This document shows, piece by piece, positions 41,266 through 59,592 of a stretch of 64,000 bases of DNA. The stretch lies in assembly GCF_009914755.1 (NCBI RefSeq), contig NC_060935.1; one strand, written 5' to 3'. The notes below the pieces were generated by a model. It saw nothing but the letters and a program-made list of their open reading frames with translations. It had not been told where the DNA came from and ran no database searches. Position 1 is the first letter of the stretch; each line of letters starts with the position of its first letter. This DNA comes from the human T2T-CHM13v2.0 reference genome, Homo sapiens. A program made the translations under genes and the position numbers.

Positions 41266-41536
41266 CCTTTTTTTTTGAGACAGAGTCTCACTCCATCACC
41301 CAGGCTGTAATGCACTGGTGTGATCCTCCGCCTCCTGGGTTCAAGCAATTCTCATGCCTTAGTCTCTTGAGTAGCTGGAATTACAGTCATACACCACCAT
41401 GCCTGGTTAATTTTTTATTTTTAATAGAGACAGGGTTTCACCATGTTGCACAGGCTGGTCTCAAACTCCTGAGATCAAGTGATTCGCCTGCCTTGGCCTC
41501 CCAAAGTGCATTACAAGCATGAGCCACCACACCAGG
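41266..41536 (-). mobile_element. Alu (AluJ/old S) with internal deletion
   Basis: TSD acctagtttct at 41255-41265 and 41537-41547. Confidence 0.88.
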
Positions 41537-42094
41537 ACCTAGTTTCTTCTATTATTAACATCTTACATTAGTATGGTATATTTATCACAATTAATTACCC
41601 AATATTGATACACTATTATTAACTAATGTCCATGTTTCATTCAGCTTTCCTTAGTATTTTTTTAACCTAAAGTCTTTTTTCTGTTCCATGATCTCGTCCA
41701 GGATAGCACATTGCATTTGTTCTTACATATCCTTATACTCCTCTTGAATGTGACAGTTTCTCAGACTTTCCTTGTTTCTGGACCTTGACAGTTTTGAGGA
41801 GTACTGGTGAAGTATTTTGCAGAATGCCCCTCATTTGGAATTTGTCTGAATTTTTTTTTCATCATTTGACTATAGTTTCTGAGAGGCTTCTGGGAGGAAG
41901 ACCACCGAGGTAAAATGTCATTTTTTTACATCATATCAAAGGTACATGATTTATCACTGTTGATATTGACCTTGATCACCTGGCTGAAGTAGTATTTTTC
42001 AGATTTCTCCACTGTAGTTACTCCCTCTACCCCTTTCCATATTGTACTGTTTGGAGTTGAGTCAATTAAGGAGTGGGGATTATGTTCTACTTTG

Positions 42095-42372
42095 TGTTTG
42101 TTTATTAGAGACAAGGTGTTACTCTGTTGCCCAGGCTGGAGTGCACTGGCACAAATGTGGCTTATTGTCACCTTGAACTCCTGGGCTCAAGCAATCAATC
42201 CTCCTGCTGAGACTACAGGTGTGCACTACCATGCCTGGCTAATTTTTTTTTTCATAGAGATGGGGTTTTACCATGTTGATGAGGCTGGTCTCAAACCCCT
42301 GGCCTCAAGTAATCTTCCCATCTCAGTCTCCCAAAACACTGGGATTATAGGCATATGCTACCACACCTAGCC
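42095..42372 (-). mobile_element. AluJ
   Basis: ccttgaactcctgggctcaagcaatc and ctcaaacccctggcctcaagtaatc (J-type), highly diverged. Confidence 0.85.
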
Positions 42373-44121
42373 TCTTTGTTTTTTATTTTTATTTTTTTCT
42401 TTTTCAGATTGAGACAATTTCTATTGATCTATCTTCAAGTTCATTGACTCTTTCTTCTACCATATTTAATTTACATAAAGCCCATCCTGTGAATTTTTCA
42501 TTTGAGTTATTATACTTTTCCATTCTACAATTTCTGTGTGATTTTTTTTGTTTTTGTTTTCATTTATTTGGTGAGAATCTTTATCTGTTAATTCATTAAG
42601 ATTATATTTTCATTTAGCTATTTAAAAACTTAGTCTGCTAAATGCAACATCAGGGCTGTCTGAGGTTCAACTTCTGTTGGCTTTTATTTTTATTGACTGT
42701 GAGTCACTTTTTTCAGGTTTTTTTCCATATCTAAATTTTTTTGTATTGAAGACTTTGTGGATTAGACATTGTCAAGATTCTGAATTCTATATCTTTCTGA
42801 GGAGTGCTATTTTTTTCTCTAGAAGGTAACGTAATTAGTGGTTAATCACCTTGAATTTTTATAGGTTTAGTTTTATGCTTTATTAGGGTAAATCTGGGGA
42901 AGCCCAAGGTTTGTCCCAAGCTCCTCTCTCTTAGCAAGACTCATGCTTGTTATGGCTCTATTTTAGACTTTGTTAATTCAATTCTAGAGTAGTCCGTGCT
43001 CTAGGGTATGGTCCTTATTCCAAGGAAATTGTCTTCCTGGTGTCTCAGCTATATTCTCAGAGTGTTAATGAGGTTTCTCTACTCTGGCTACAACAAATTG
43101 TCAGTGTCCTCCAACACTACTTGACCTCTAATATCTCTATTCCACTCTCTAGCCTATAATAGCCACTCTTTGTTAAGTCATTCTATCCTCTTTCTGCACA
43201 GTCTCAGCACAGGTCTAGGTGAAAGACTAAGAGGGAACCCACACATAGATTTCCAAAGTCCCTCATCTACTCAGTTTCCTCCTCTCTAGTGCCCTACACC
43301 AGACAATTCAGGTCTTTTACTGCCTCAAATTCTAATCTCTGCCTATTCAACTCAACAAAACTACCATTCTGTTTCAGCTCCAACTCACTGACCTACAATC
43401 AGGAAACTATCCCCAGGGAGAGAACCCAGAAGATGATAGGTAGCACCTCATGAGATTTCCTTCTTTCAGACATCAGACTTGCATGGTCAATTGTCCAATG
43501 TTTGAAACACATGCTTCATATATTTTGTTCAGTTTTATGGGTATTTATGGTTGGAGGGCTAGCTAGTACCAGCTACTCTGTTACAGACAGAAGCAGAACT
43601 CAGCTATTATTTTTTGAATTTTTTGTTATGAGATAATTTTAGACTTATAGAAGAGTTGCAAAAATAGTGTGAAGAGTTACCTAGCTTTCCTTAGTGTTAT
43701 ATCTTATCTAACTATGGCACAGGTATTAAAACTAAGAAATTAACATTGTTAACAATACTATTATTAAAGTATAGACTTTATTCAAATCATATCAGTATTT
43801 CTACAAATGTCCTGTTTCTATTCCAAGATCCCATCCAGGAACTCACATTACAGTTAGCCACCATATCTCCTTAGTCTCCAGTCTGTGACAGTGCCTCAGT
43901 CTTTCCTTGTCTTTCATAACCTTGTGGCTTCAGAGACCTGGTCAGTTATTTTTAGAATGTCCCTCCATTTGGAATTTTCTGGTGTTTTCTCATGATTATA
44001 TTGCAATTATATATTAATGAGAAGAACATCACAGAAGTGATGTGCCCTTCTCAGTGTTTCATATTAGTTGGTGCTTTTGTCTCAAATGTCATTGCTAGTG
44101 ATGTTAAACTTGATTATGTGG

Positions 44122-44250
44122 GGCTGGGCACATGGCACATGCCTGTAATCCCAGTGCTTTGAGAGGCTGAAGCAGGAGGATCGCTTGAGGCCAGGAATTT
44201 AAGACCAGCCTGGGCAACATAGCAAGATCTCATTTCTACAAAAAAAAAAA
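44122..44250 (+). mobile_element. FLAM_C / free left Alu monomer
   Basis: ggctgggcacatggcac...aggatcgcttgaggccagg...gggcaacatagcaagatctcatttctacaaaaaaaaaaa. Confidence 0.85.
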
Positions 44251-44589
44251 TTTTTTTTTAAACCTGGTTAGGTTGTTAAGGTGTTTTCTGCCAGGTTTCT
44301 TCACTGTAAAGTTATTATTTTTCCTTTCATAATTAATAAATATTTGGGGGAAATACTTTGAGATTATGCAAATATCCTGTTTCTCCTTAAACTTTAATCC
44401 ACTAACTTAGCATCTATCTGTGGATCTTGTCTGTGGTTCTAACAATAATTTTTCATTTCCTTCATTTATTCTACATTTATTTGTTGGAATTCTTCTTTTT
44501 ATTTTTTAAGAGATGGAATTTCACTATGTTGCCTGTAGAAGTTTGGGGTTTTCCTTCCATTATTTTCTATTTATTCATTTAATTTACTA

Positions 44590-47481
<2,892 letters not shown>

Positions 47482-47662
47482 TCATATTGTTAAGCTGATT
47501 TGTTTTCCACCTAATTCACCCTGGAGACCTTCTCCAGCCACTCATATGCACCTACTTTAATGGCTATTTTGCAATCTACTGTGTGATTGTACCATAACTA
47601 AATCCATTACTTTTGCACCTTTTCATTTTTCCCCATTTTTTAAAAACTATTAAAAGTAATAC

Positions 47663-47797
47663 ACTGGGCATGGTGGCTCACACCTGTAATTCCAGTGCTT
47701 TAGGAGGTAGAGGCAGGAGGATTGCTTGAGGCCAGGAGTTCAAGACCAGCCTGGGCAATATAGCAAGACACTGTCTCCACAAAAAATAAGAAAAAAT
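47663..47797 (+). mobile_element. FLAM_C / free left Alu monomer
   Basis: ctgggcatggtggctcacacc...ggattgcttgaggccagg...atagcaagacactgtctccacaaaaaa. Confidence 0.85.
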
Positions 47798-48813
47798 AAT
47801 TTTAAGAGAAAAAGGTAGTGTTGTAGTCACTTTTATATGTGAATAAGTCTGTAGAAAGACTTCTAATGGTGAAACTGAGGCTTAAAGTATGTACATTTGA
47901 AGTTTTTATGGATATTAGTACATTTCTCTTTAAACTATTGCAACAATTTAGTTTCATTGTTAGTATATGATAGTACCTGTTGGTTTTTTTTTCCCTCATC
48001 CTCACTAATACTGGGTGTTATCAAACTTTAAAATTTTTGCCCATCTCATAAGTGAACACCACAAATAATTTTTCTAGAAATAACTCAAAGAGCCTTTCTT
48101 GGTTTCTGACCAAATGCCTTTATTTTCAGTGTATTTTCTTGAGCATCTTCTCAAAACATTTTACCTTTAGATTTTTCTGATTATTTTAATTCTATGAATT
48201 TTCACCTCTGAATCAACAATCTCCATTATACAGAGATACCAAAAAAGAAATTCAAAAGCAGGATTTTGACCCATTTTACTGTAGGTAAACTCCCTCTTAT
48301 CAATGAGTTATGAGATACCTTAAGTTGTCATTTTCAGTGTGTGTTACTCACTACAGTGAGATTCAATGTCAGAAAAAAAAATTCTGCTTTCAGAAACAGA
48401 CAGGAAATATGGGATAGACATTCATTCCTAGGACAGGAGATAACAAGGCAAAGCCTTCCAGATACTGGTGATGTTCCTTAAGGATTTTATATTTCCTCTT
48501 CAGAGTTTTTAAATAGATAAGGTTTTAATATTGTATTCTACTTTTTCTTAGAGAAAAGACCTGGATTTCTGACAGCAAAAATACTTCTTATATTGGCATA
48601 ACTCAAAATCTTTCCCATTACAAAATATATTAAGACTGGAAGACATTGAAAGGGTCAAGAAGAATAAAAACCGTGGAAAATTAAGAGAAAAAAAAGAAAG
48701 CTAGCTAACATTATTCAGAACACCTATTATTTCTCAAATGCTTTACATACATTATCTCTTGGAGTCTTCACAACATTTCATGAGCTAAATCTCCTTTTAT
48801 ATTTTTTAATTGA

Positions 48814-48936
48814 TTTTTTTGGCGATGGGGCCTCACTATGTTGCCCAGGCTGGTTTTGAACTCCCGGACTCAAGCTCTCCTCCTGCCTCAGCATCCCAAA
48901 TTGCTGGGATTACATGTGTGAGCCACTGCATCCAGC
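48814..48936 (-). mobile_element. FLAM_C / free left Alu monomer
   Basis: gatggggcctcactatgttgcccaggctggttttgaactcccggactcaagc...gagccactgcatccagc. Confidence 0.85.
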
Positions 48937-48962
48937 TCCCATGAGATAAGTTTTACTGTTCA

Positions 48963-49334
48963 GGTATTAGTTTGCTAGGGCTTCCGTAACAGGGTACCAT
49001 AGATTGGGTGGTTTAATCAACAGAAATTTATTGTCTCACTGTTCTGGAGATTAAAAGTCCAACATCAAGGTGTCAGCAGGGTTGGTGTCTTTCCCCTTGG
49101 CTTATAGAGGACTGCCTTTCTCCCTGTGTCTTCACACAGACTTCCCTCTATACCTGCTTGTGCCCAATTTTCTTGTAAGGACACCCATCACATCGGTAGG
49201 GCCCACTCTATTGACCTTGTTTTAGTTTAATTACTACTGTAAAGGCCCCAATCTCTAAATGTAGTCACATCTGAGGTCCTGGGGGTTAGGACTCCAACAT
49301 CTGATTAGGAGAGGACACAATACAGCCCATAATA
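48963..49334 (-). mobile_element. MLT1B-like MaLR solo LTR inside a MIR
   Basis: gtattagtttgctagggct...acagaaatttattgtctcac...gggggttaggact...cagcccataata; perfect 5-bp TSD gttca at 48958-48962 and 49335-49339. Confidence 0.85.
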
Positions 49335-50649
49335 GTTCACATTTGGATTCATTTTGTAGATAAGAACATGGGGGCTCAGAGAAGTTAAATTGTGCCTCAA
49401 AAGTTATTCTGCTGGTAACTGTCAGGGCTGAGATTGGAATTCAGGACATCCTGTCACCTTTCTTCAGAATTAAACTTTGTCTTCTAAAGGCAGTCATGAA
49501 GTATGAAAAGAATAAAGGGTCTAAAGTTCTAAAATGAGTTAATAAAAAGACAAGTGCTTTCAAATATGAATATTATTTCATGACTATATCAGTCATAATT
49601 ATTAGTCGCAAACAACAGAAAAATCTGTCTGGGTTAACTTAAGCAGAAAATAAATTTAGTAGAATATTGAATAGCTGACAGACCTAATGGGGAAGTTAAG
49701 AAATAAGGATTGGAAAATAGAGCAGAACCAAAGAAAGCTAAACAGCCAGAACAATGACCAAATTATGCCCAGTCAAGTTGGTACAGGCACTGTGGCCACC
49801 AAACACTACATACCTTTGATGCCCTTGTCTCTATAACCCAGGATGAATTCAGATCTGCTTCTTTTTATTCACTTGCTTCAGACAAAGTCCCAAGCTGAGG
49901 TATCTGGTTAGCCCAGCCTTAGGCCATACCTGTTCTCTGGCTGCCAGGGAGCTGAAAGCAGGAAAATCTACCATTTCAGCTTCTAGACTAGGTATTAAAG
50001 ATAGGAAGAGTTTTTGGATATGAGGTAGCATAAATGTAAACAGCATAAATGGGACTCAAACTACACAGTTTTAGTAATGATCAAAATGGACCATAAACCA
50101 AATATTTATTATAAGCATTCCACAAAAAAAAAAGAGTGCCAGGTTTGATCTTGGTAGATGACACTAACTACATTTCCAAAAGTCAGAGCATAAATATGAG
50201 CTATGAGCTTGAAGAGAGAGTGTGATGTGGAGGCCAGCAGGCCTGTATTTTTAGAAAGTATATTGAATTTATATTCTCATGTCTGTACACCTATCTGATC
50301 TAACACTCCAGAAATACGTATTTTGGAAGCCATGTATAACGCCATGAAAAGTGCAATCTGTCTTTAAAAACCAGATATTCATTCACTGACAAGCATTTAT
50401 TCAATACACATGCTAAGCACTAGAAATAAAACTATCAGCATTATATAGCCTTTGCTTGGGGAGAGGTTACTGTAATGTGAGGTGGAACATTCAAGTATTA
50501 CAGATGAGGTCCAAATGAAGGATTTGGAGAGGTCACCAGAGGGAAAGGACTTGTGAGTGGCAGGGGCTGTATTGAAAAGGCAGTTTATGAATGGGTTCTT
50601 TCACTCTGGTATATACATCAAGGCTATGGAAAGAGATAGGGCTTACCAA

Positions 50650-51016
50650 TGCTATAGACTGAATATTTATGTCTTCCCAAAATTCACAGGTTGAAACCTA
50701 AGCCTCAGTATGAGGCTATTTGGAAGTGAGGCCTTTAGGAAGTGATTAGGTCACAAGGATGGAGCCCTCATGAATGAGATTAGTGCCCTTATACAGAGAC
50801 TCCAGAGAACTCTCTTGCCTCCTTCCACTGTATGAGGTTACAGTGAGAAGATGGCCATCTATGAATGAGAAAAGAAACCCTCACCAGACACTGAATCTGC
50901 CAGCACATTGATCTTGGACTTCACAGCCTCCAGAACTGTGAGGAATAAATTTCTGTTGTTTCTAGGCCACCTGGTCTATGGTATTTTTGTTATACCAGCT
51001 GAAACAGAGTAAGACA
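50650..51016 (+). mobile_element. MLT1A0 MaLR solo LTR
   Basis: tgctatagactgaatatttatgtc...gagccctcatgaatgagattagtgccctt...cagcctccagaactgtgag...taagaca. Confidence 0.88.
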
Positions 51017-54000
51017 ACCTCTTTTACCACATGAAAATGTTCAGAATATTCCACCTTAGGCTTTTATGATGTCTTGAACAGTGAATCATGGATAACTGTC
51101 AGTTTTTTGAAGGCTGGAAACAGGTCTAACTCAAAATCTCACAAGAATCTCAGACATAGTTTGTACTTGGAAAACATTTTTCCAACCAAATGGAACAAGA
51201 ATATGCTCTTCCCAGCTTTAGAGCTCAGTTTTCTTCACTATTAAATTTAAAATATAGACTAAACTTGGTGATTTCTGAGGTCCTTGCTGGTGCTATAATT
51301 CTATGACTCCAACTTACATACCTTTTTAGAATATTCAACTGTAAAGTTCAATTCAAGCCATTCAAATTTTTGCAAATTAATTTATTATAAAATTGTGCAT
51401 CCCAGCTGTTGAGATTTTGAGGGCAGCCAACTTCCCAGTCTGATGGGAATAGTCAATTCAGTTAAAATGCTTACTTTTATGACCTCAGGCAGTTACAAAT
51501 CTCATTGACTGATCTTTAGTGAATCAAAGGCACAGGTTCATCAATCTCTCTAATCACGGGAAAAACAAATTATGGTAAACATGTGCCTTGCGATCATTTA
51601 TGAAAAAGCACTTTGCAAATATAATGTGCTACCAGAATGTGATTTACCACATTATTGCTAATAGGTAGGATGCTATAGAAGAAATCTGGGATAATATAAA
51701 GCAAACTATTATCAGTGTTTGTAACCAAAAGGTGAGATTAAAAGACACTGTCTTAAATTTGCATTTCCATCATGTTTGAATTTAAAACAATGAACTTATA
51801 TTGTATATCAGGAAAACCAGTTAAGGGAAAAGATAAGTCATGTGCCTTATTCTGTGTGTAGAATTATTCTGCAGTAATAGTAACAACCTTTTGTCCCTGG
51901 GCTGGGAGTTACCTGGTATCCTGATGCTGCCATGTGCTAGCTGGGTGACAATAACCCAGCCACCTAACATCTCAAAGATTGTTCCTTTTTGTGTGAAATA
52001 GGGATAGAGTTGTCTACTTCCCAGAGCCAGATAGAGAACTTAAGAGATGAATCTGAAAATACAATAGCCTAAATAAATTCAAGGAAACACTATTATCTTA
52101 CTGGATCTTTCCAGCAACCATGTTACTTTTGGCTGGATTTTGTATTTTCCAATTTGTGAATGACACAACAAAGAGCTAGGTAGGTTAAGTAAATGGTTTC
52201 AGATAATAAGCCCAGTTAGCCCAGACGTTTATTTTCCATTTGCATAGAAAATGAATGTTTTATGCATACATTTGTTTGCCCAGGGCTAGGATATTACTTG
52301 CATATGATGTTCTTATATAATTAAAAAAAAGAATACAACCTTCAAAGAAGAAAATCTCAGCTAACAAATCTATCATTAACAAAATAGTTTTCATCATCTT
52401 GGGCAGCAGTGAAGAAAGAACCATGAATCCGTGCCCTATTGAAGCCTGCCAAATGTCATTTTCCTCAGCTTTATTTATCTCTATAAAGCAATTAAATAGG
52501 CAGAAAAGATGAAAGAAAAAAATTAACTCATTTCAAACTAAAGCAAGCTATATTCTTTGCACTGTCTTTTCCCTTCCCCCAAACCCCACTTCAGCTGCAG
52601 CCTGTAGAAATGCTGGTGAATACTCAACATGTGGAGGCTGTGTCTCACAGTTCACAGTTCCTAAAATGACAAATAGTGCACAGGTTGTCACTGTGAATGG
52701 CAGATCCAAAGACCTGGGGCTCAGCTGTCTCCATCGTTCAGAAAGGAATTGAGAGTTATTTCTATACCAATCTAGGCAGGCCTGGCTGGCTCTGCCACCT
52801 GCCAGCTGTTTTACCTTGCATTTGACTTGTTTGAGCCTCTATTTTCTCATTGGTAGAATAAATTTATTTATATCTACTTCATAGAGTTGTTTTAAGAATT
52901 AAATGAGATAAAATATATAGAATTAAATGAAATTAAGAGGAAAGTACAAGCAGGGAATTTGGCATATAATAGGTGCTCAAAAGCTGCTTGCTGCCTGTGG
53001 TACAAGGGCTAGGTGCCTGGACTCTGAAACAGGCAGCCTGGGTTTGAACCCTGGTTCTGCCATTTACCAGTGTACACTTGACCAAGTCATTTGTCCCTCT
53101 GCACTGCCTCTATACAAGTATGTACCATGTTAGTGCCTAGAGTTGGTTCTGGGCAAGATGGCTGAGTAAAAACAGCTCCAGTGTGCAGCTCCCAGCAAGA
53201 CCAATGTAGAAGGCAGGTGTCTGCACTTCCAACTGAGGTACTCTGTTCATCTCATTGGGACTGGTTAGACAGTGGGTGCAGCCCATGGAGGGCAAGAAGA
53301 AGCAGGGTGGGGTGTTGCCTCACCCAAGAAGTGCAAGGGGTCAGGGAACTCTCTCCCCTAGCCAAGGGAAGCTGTGAGGAACTGTGCCATGAGGGATGGG
53401 GCTATCCAGCCCAGATATAATGCTTTTCCCATGGTTTTTGCAAACCCGCAGACCAGGAGATTCCCTCGGGTGCCTACATCACTAGGGCCCTGGGTTTCAA
53501 GCACAAAACTGGTCTGCCATTTGAGTAGACACTGAGCTAGCTGCAGGAGTTTTTTTTTCATACCGCAGTGGTGCCTGGAACCCCAGCAAGATGGAACTGA
53601 TTACTCCCCTGGAAAGGGGGCTGAAGCCAGGGAGCCACCCCCATGGAGCCCAGCAAGCTAAGATCCACTGGCTTGAAATTCTCGCTGCCAGCACAGCAGT
53701 CTGAAGCCAACCTGGGATGCTCAAGCTGGGTGGGGGTAGGGGAGACTGCCATTACTAGGCTTGACTAGGAAGTTTTCCCCTCACAGTGTAAACAAAGCCA
53801 CTGGGAAGTTCGGACTGGGCGGAGCCCACCATAGCTCAGCAAAGCCACTGTAGCCAGATTGCCTTTCTAGATTCCTCCTCTCTAGGAAGGGCATCTCTGA
53901 AAGAAAGGCAGCAGCCTCAGTCAGGAGCTTACAGATAAAACTCCCATATCCCTGGGACAGAGCACCTGGGGGAAGGGGCAGCTGTGGGCGCAACTTCAGC

Positions 54001-54455
54001 AGACTTAAACATTCCTGCCTGCTGGCTCTGAAGAGAGCAGCAGATCTCCCAGAAAATTGCTTGAGCTCTACTAAGGGACAGACTGACTCCTTAAGTGGGT
54101 CCCTGACCCCCGTGCCTCCTGACTGGGAGGCACCTCCCAGCAGGGGTAAACAGACACCTCATACAGGAGAGCACCGGCTGGCATCTGGTGAGTGCCCCTC
54201 TGGGATGAAGCTTCCAGAGGAAGGAGCAGGCAGCAATCTTTGCTGTTCTGCAGCCTCCACTGGTGTTACCCAGGCAAACAGAGTCTGGATTGGACCTCCA
54301 GCAAACTCCAGCAGACCTGCAGCAGAGGGGCCCGTTAGAAGGAACACTAACAAACAGAAAGCAAGAACATCAACATCAACAAAAAGGAGGCCCATGCAAA
54401 AACCCCATCCAAAGGTACTCAGCATCAAAGATGAAAGGTAGATAAATCCACAAAG

Positions 54456-55485
54456 ATGAGGAAAAAAAACAGCTCAAAAATGCTGACACTTCCAAAACCA
54501 AGAATGCCTCTTCTCCACCAAAGGACCACAACTCTTCACCAGGAAGTGAACAAAACTGGATGGAGAATGAGTTTGACAAATTGACAGAAGTAGGCTTCAG
54601 AAGGTGGGTAATAACAAACAGCTCTGAGCTAAAGGAGCATGTGCTAACCCAATGCAAGGAAGCTAAGAACCTTAATAAAAGGTTACAGGAACTGCTAACT
54701 GGAATAACCAGTTTAGAGAAGAACATAAATGACCTGATGGAGCTGAAAACACAGCACAAGAACTTCATGAAGCATACACAAGTATCAATAGCCAAATCGA
54801 TTAAACAGAAGAAAGGATATCAGAGATTGAAGATCAATTTAATGAAATAAAGCATGAAGACAAGATTAGAGAAAAAAGAATGAAAAGGAACAAACAAAGC
54901 CTCCAAGAAATCTGGGACTATGTGAAAAGACCAAACCTATGTTTGATTGGTGTACCTGAAAGTGACGGGGAGAATGGAACCAAGTTAGAAAACACCCTTC
55001 AGGATATTATCCAGGAGAACTTCCCCAACCTAGCAAGACAGGCCAACATTCAAATTCAAGAAATACAGAGAACACCACTAAGATACTCCTCAAGAAGAGC
55101 AACCCCACAAGACACATAATCATCACATTCACCAAGGGTGAAACAAAGGAAAAAATATTAAGGGCAGCCAGAGAGAAAGGTCAGGTTATCCACGAAGGAA
55201 AGGCTATCACACTAACAGCAGATGTCTCAGCAGAAACCCCACAAGCCAGAAGAGAGTGGGGGCCAGTATTCAACATTCTTAAAGAAAAGAATTTTCAACC
55301 CGGAATTTCATATCCAGCCAAACTAAGCTGCATAAACAAAGGAGAAATAAAATCCTTTACAGACAAGCAAATGCTGAGGGATTTTTGTCACCAACAGGCC
55401 TGCCTTGCAAGAGCTCCTGAAGGAAGCACTAAATATGGAAATGAAAAAATGCTACCAGCCACTGCAAAAATATACCAAAATATAA
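54456..55485 (+). pseudogene. L1 ORF1p (RNA-binding/chaperone), frameshifted
   Basis: Fragments MENEFDKLTEVGFRRWVITNSSELKEHVLTQCKEAKNL and MKRNKQSLQEIWDYVKRPNLCLIGVPESDGENGTKLENTLQDIIQENFPNLARQ lie in different frames. Confidence 0.9.
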
Positions 55486-55548
55486 AGTCCAAAGATACGA
55501 TGAAGAAACTACATCAACTAATGGGCAAAATAACCAGGTAGCATCATG

Positions 55549-57383
55549 ATGACAGGATCAAATTCACACATAACAATATTAATCTTAAATGTAAATGGGC
55601 TAAATGCCCCAATTAAAAGACACAGACTGGCAAATTGGATAAAGGGTCAAGACCCACTGGTGTGCTGTATTCAGGAGACCGATCTCACGTGCAAAGACAC
55701 ACATAGGCTCAAAATAAAGGGATGGAGGAATATTTACCAAGCAAATGAAAAGCAAAAAAAGGGGGGGGGTTGCAATCCTAGTCTCTGAGAAAACAGATTT
55801 TAAACAAACAAAGATCAAAAAAGAGAAAGAAGGACATTACATAATGGTGAAAGGATCAATGCAACAAGAAGAGCTAACCTAAATATATATGCACCCAATA
55901 CAGGAGCACTCAGATTCATAAAGCAAGTTCTTAGAGACCTACAAAGAGACTTAGACTCCCATACAGTAATAGTGGGAGACTTTAACACCCCCCGTCAATA
56001 TTAAACAGATCGAGACAAAAAATTAACAAGGATATTCAGGACTCGATCTCAGCTCTAGACCAAGCTGACCTAATAGACATCTACAGAACTCTCCACCTCA
56101 AATCAACAGAATATACATTCTTCTCAGCACCACATCACACTTATTCTAAAACTGACCACATAATTGGAAGTAAAACACTCCTCAGCAAATATAAAAGAAC
56201 AGAAATCATAACAGTCTCTGAGAACACAGTGCAATCAAGGTAGAACTCGGGGTTAAGAAACTTACTCAAAAACCGCACAACTACATGGAAACTGAACAAC
56301 CTGCCCCTGAATGACGACTGGGTAAATAACAAAATGAAGGCAGAAATAAGTAAGTTCTTTGAAACTAATGAGAACAAAACCAATAAGAACAAAGACACAA
56401 CACAAAGAATCTCTGGGACACAGCTAAAGCAGTGTCTAGAGGGAGATTTATAGCACTACATGCCCACAGGAGAAAGCAGGAAAGATCTAAAATTGACACC
56501 CTAATATCACAATTAAAAGAACTAGAAAAGCAAGAGAAAACAAATTCAAAAGCTAGCAGAAGACAAATAATTAAGGTCAGAGAGGAACTGAAGGAGATAG
56601 AGATATGAACAACCCTTCAAAAAATCAATGAATCCAGGAGCTGGTTTTTTGAAAAGATTAACAAAATAGACTGCTAGCCAGACTAATAAACAATAAAAGA
56701 GAAGAATCAAATAGACACAATAAAAAAAGATAAAAGAGATATCACCACTGATCCCACAGAAATACAAACTACCATCAGAGAATACTATAAACACCTCTAC
56801 ACAAATAAACTAGAAAATCTAGAAGAAATGGATAAATTCCTGGACACATACACCCTCCCAAGACTAAACCAGGAAGAAGTTGAATCCTTGAGTAGACTAA
56901 TAACAAGTTCTAAAATTGAAGCAGTAATTATTAGCCTACTAAGCAAAAAAAAAAAGCCCAGGTCCAAACAGATTCACAGCCGAATTCTACCAGAGGCAGA
57001 AAGAGGGGCTGGTACCATTCCTTCTGAAATTATTCCAAACAATAGAAAAAGAATGACTCCTCCCTAACTCATTTTATGAGGCCAGTATCATCCTGATAAC
57101 AAAACCTGGCAGTGACAAAACAAAAAAAGAAAATTTTAGGCCAATATCTCTGATGAACATCAATGTGAAAATCCTCAATAAAATACTGGCAAACCAAATC
57201 CAGCAGCACATCAAAAAGCTTATCCACCACAATCAAGTCGTCTTCATCCCTGGGATGCAAGGCTGGTTCAACATATGCAAATCAATAAATGTAATCCATA
57301 ACATAAAAAGAACCAATGACAAAAACTATGTGATTATCTCAAAAGATGCAGAAAAGGCCTTTCACAAAATTCAACACCCGTTC
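55549..57383 (+). pseudogene. L1 ORF2p (endonuclease to start of reverse transcriptase), disrupted and truncated
   Basis: MTGSNSHITILILNVNGLNAPIKRHRLANWIK (APE-type endonuclease N-terminus), [57 protein letters not shown]...[13 protein letters not shown]; multiple stops and frameshifts. Confidence 0.92.
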
Positions 57384-57619
57384 CTCAGTGTTGCCCAAGC
57401 TAGCCCTCCAGCCATCATCATGCTACTGCCAGACTCCAGATGTCTAAGGCACTCCTTGGCTCCCACAAGCTCTCTTCTAGTGCCTCATCTTCCTCTGGTT
57501 GCCTCTCGACTCCCCACTTCCCCAGTTTCCCTCATTACCCCCACACCTTCCACCCTCTCCTTCACCCTCAAAAATAATTCATGAAGTTTAGATAAATCAA
57601 TCAGAAATGTATAGCATTA

Positions 57620-59592
<1,973 letters not shown>

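Larger units (their letters stand above)
40100..44500 (-). mobile_element. Mosaic of old L1M fragments (L1MB/MC ORF2-3' piece, L1MD/MC 3' ends, L1M 5' piece) interrupted by Alus
   Basis: gagaaattgtcaaactgtttttcaaagt, tctcattgtgattttaatgtgc, gaatgtgacagtttctcagactttccttg, gagttgcaaaaatagt and similar motifs. Individual boundaries not resolved. Confidence 0.65.
53145..57383 (+). mobile_element. L1PA (PA7/PA8-like) with complete 5'UTR, ORF1 and 5' half of ORF2; 3'-truncated, no poly(A)
   Basis: Start caagatggctgagtaaaaacagctcc (YY1-type site at 53154-53162), ~1.3-kb 5'UTR, ORF1 and ORF2 peptide fragments in the ORF track. Homology stops at aaaattcaacacccgttc. Confidence 0.95.

Noticed and set aside
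53358-54445. Antisense ORFs in the L1 5'UTR (possible ORF0)
   Set aside because: Several short overlapping ORFs are expected in this GC-richer UTR, and I cannot match any of them confidently to ORF0.
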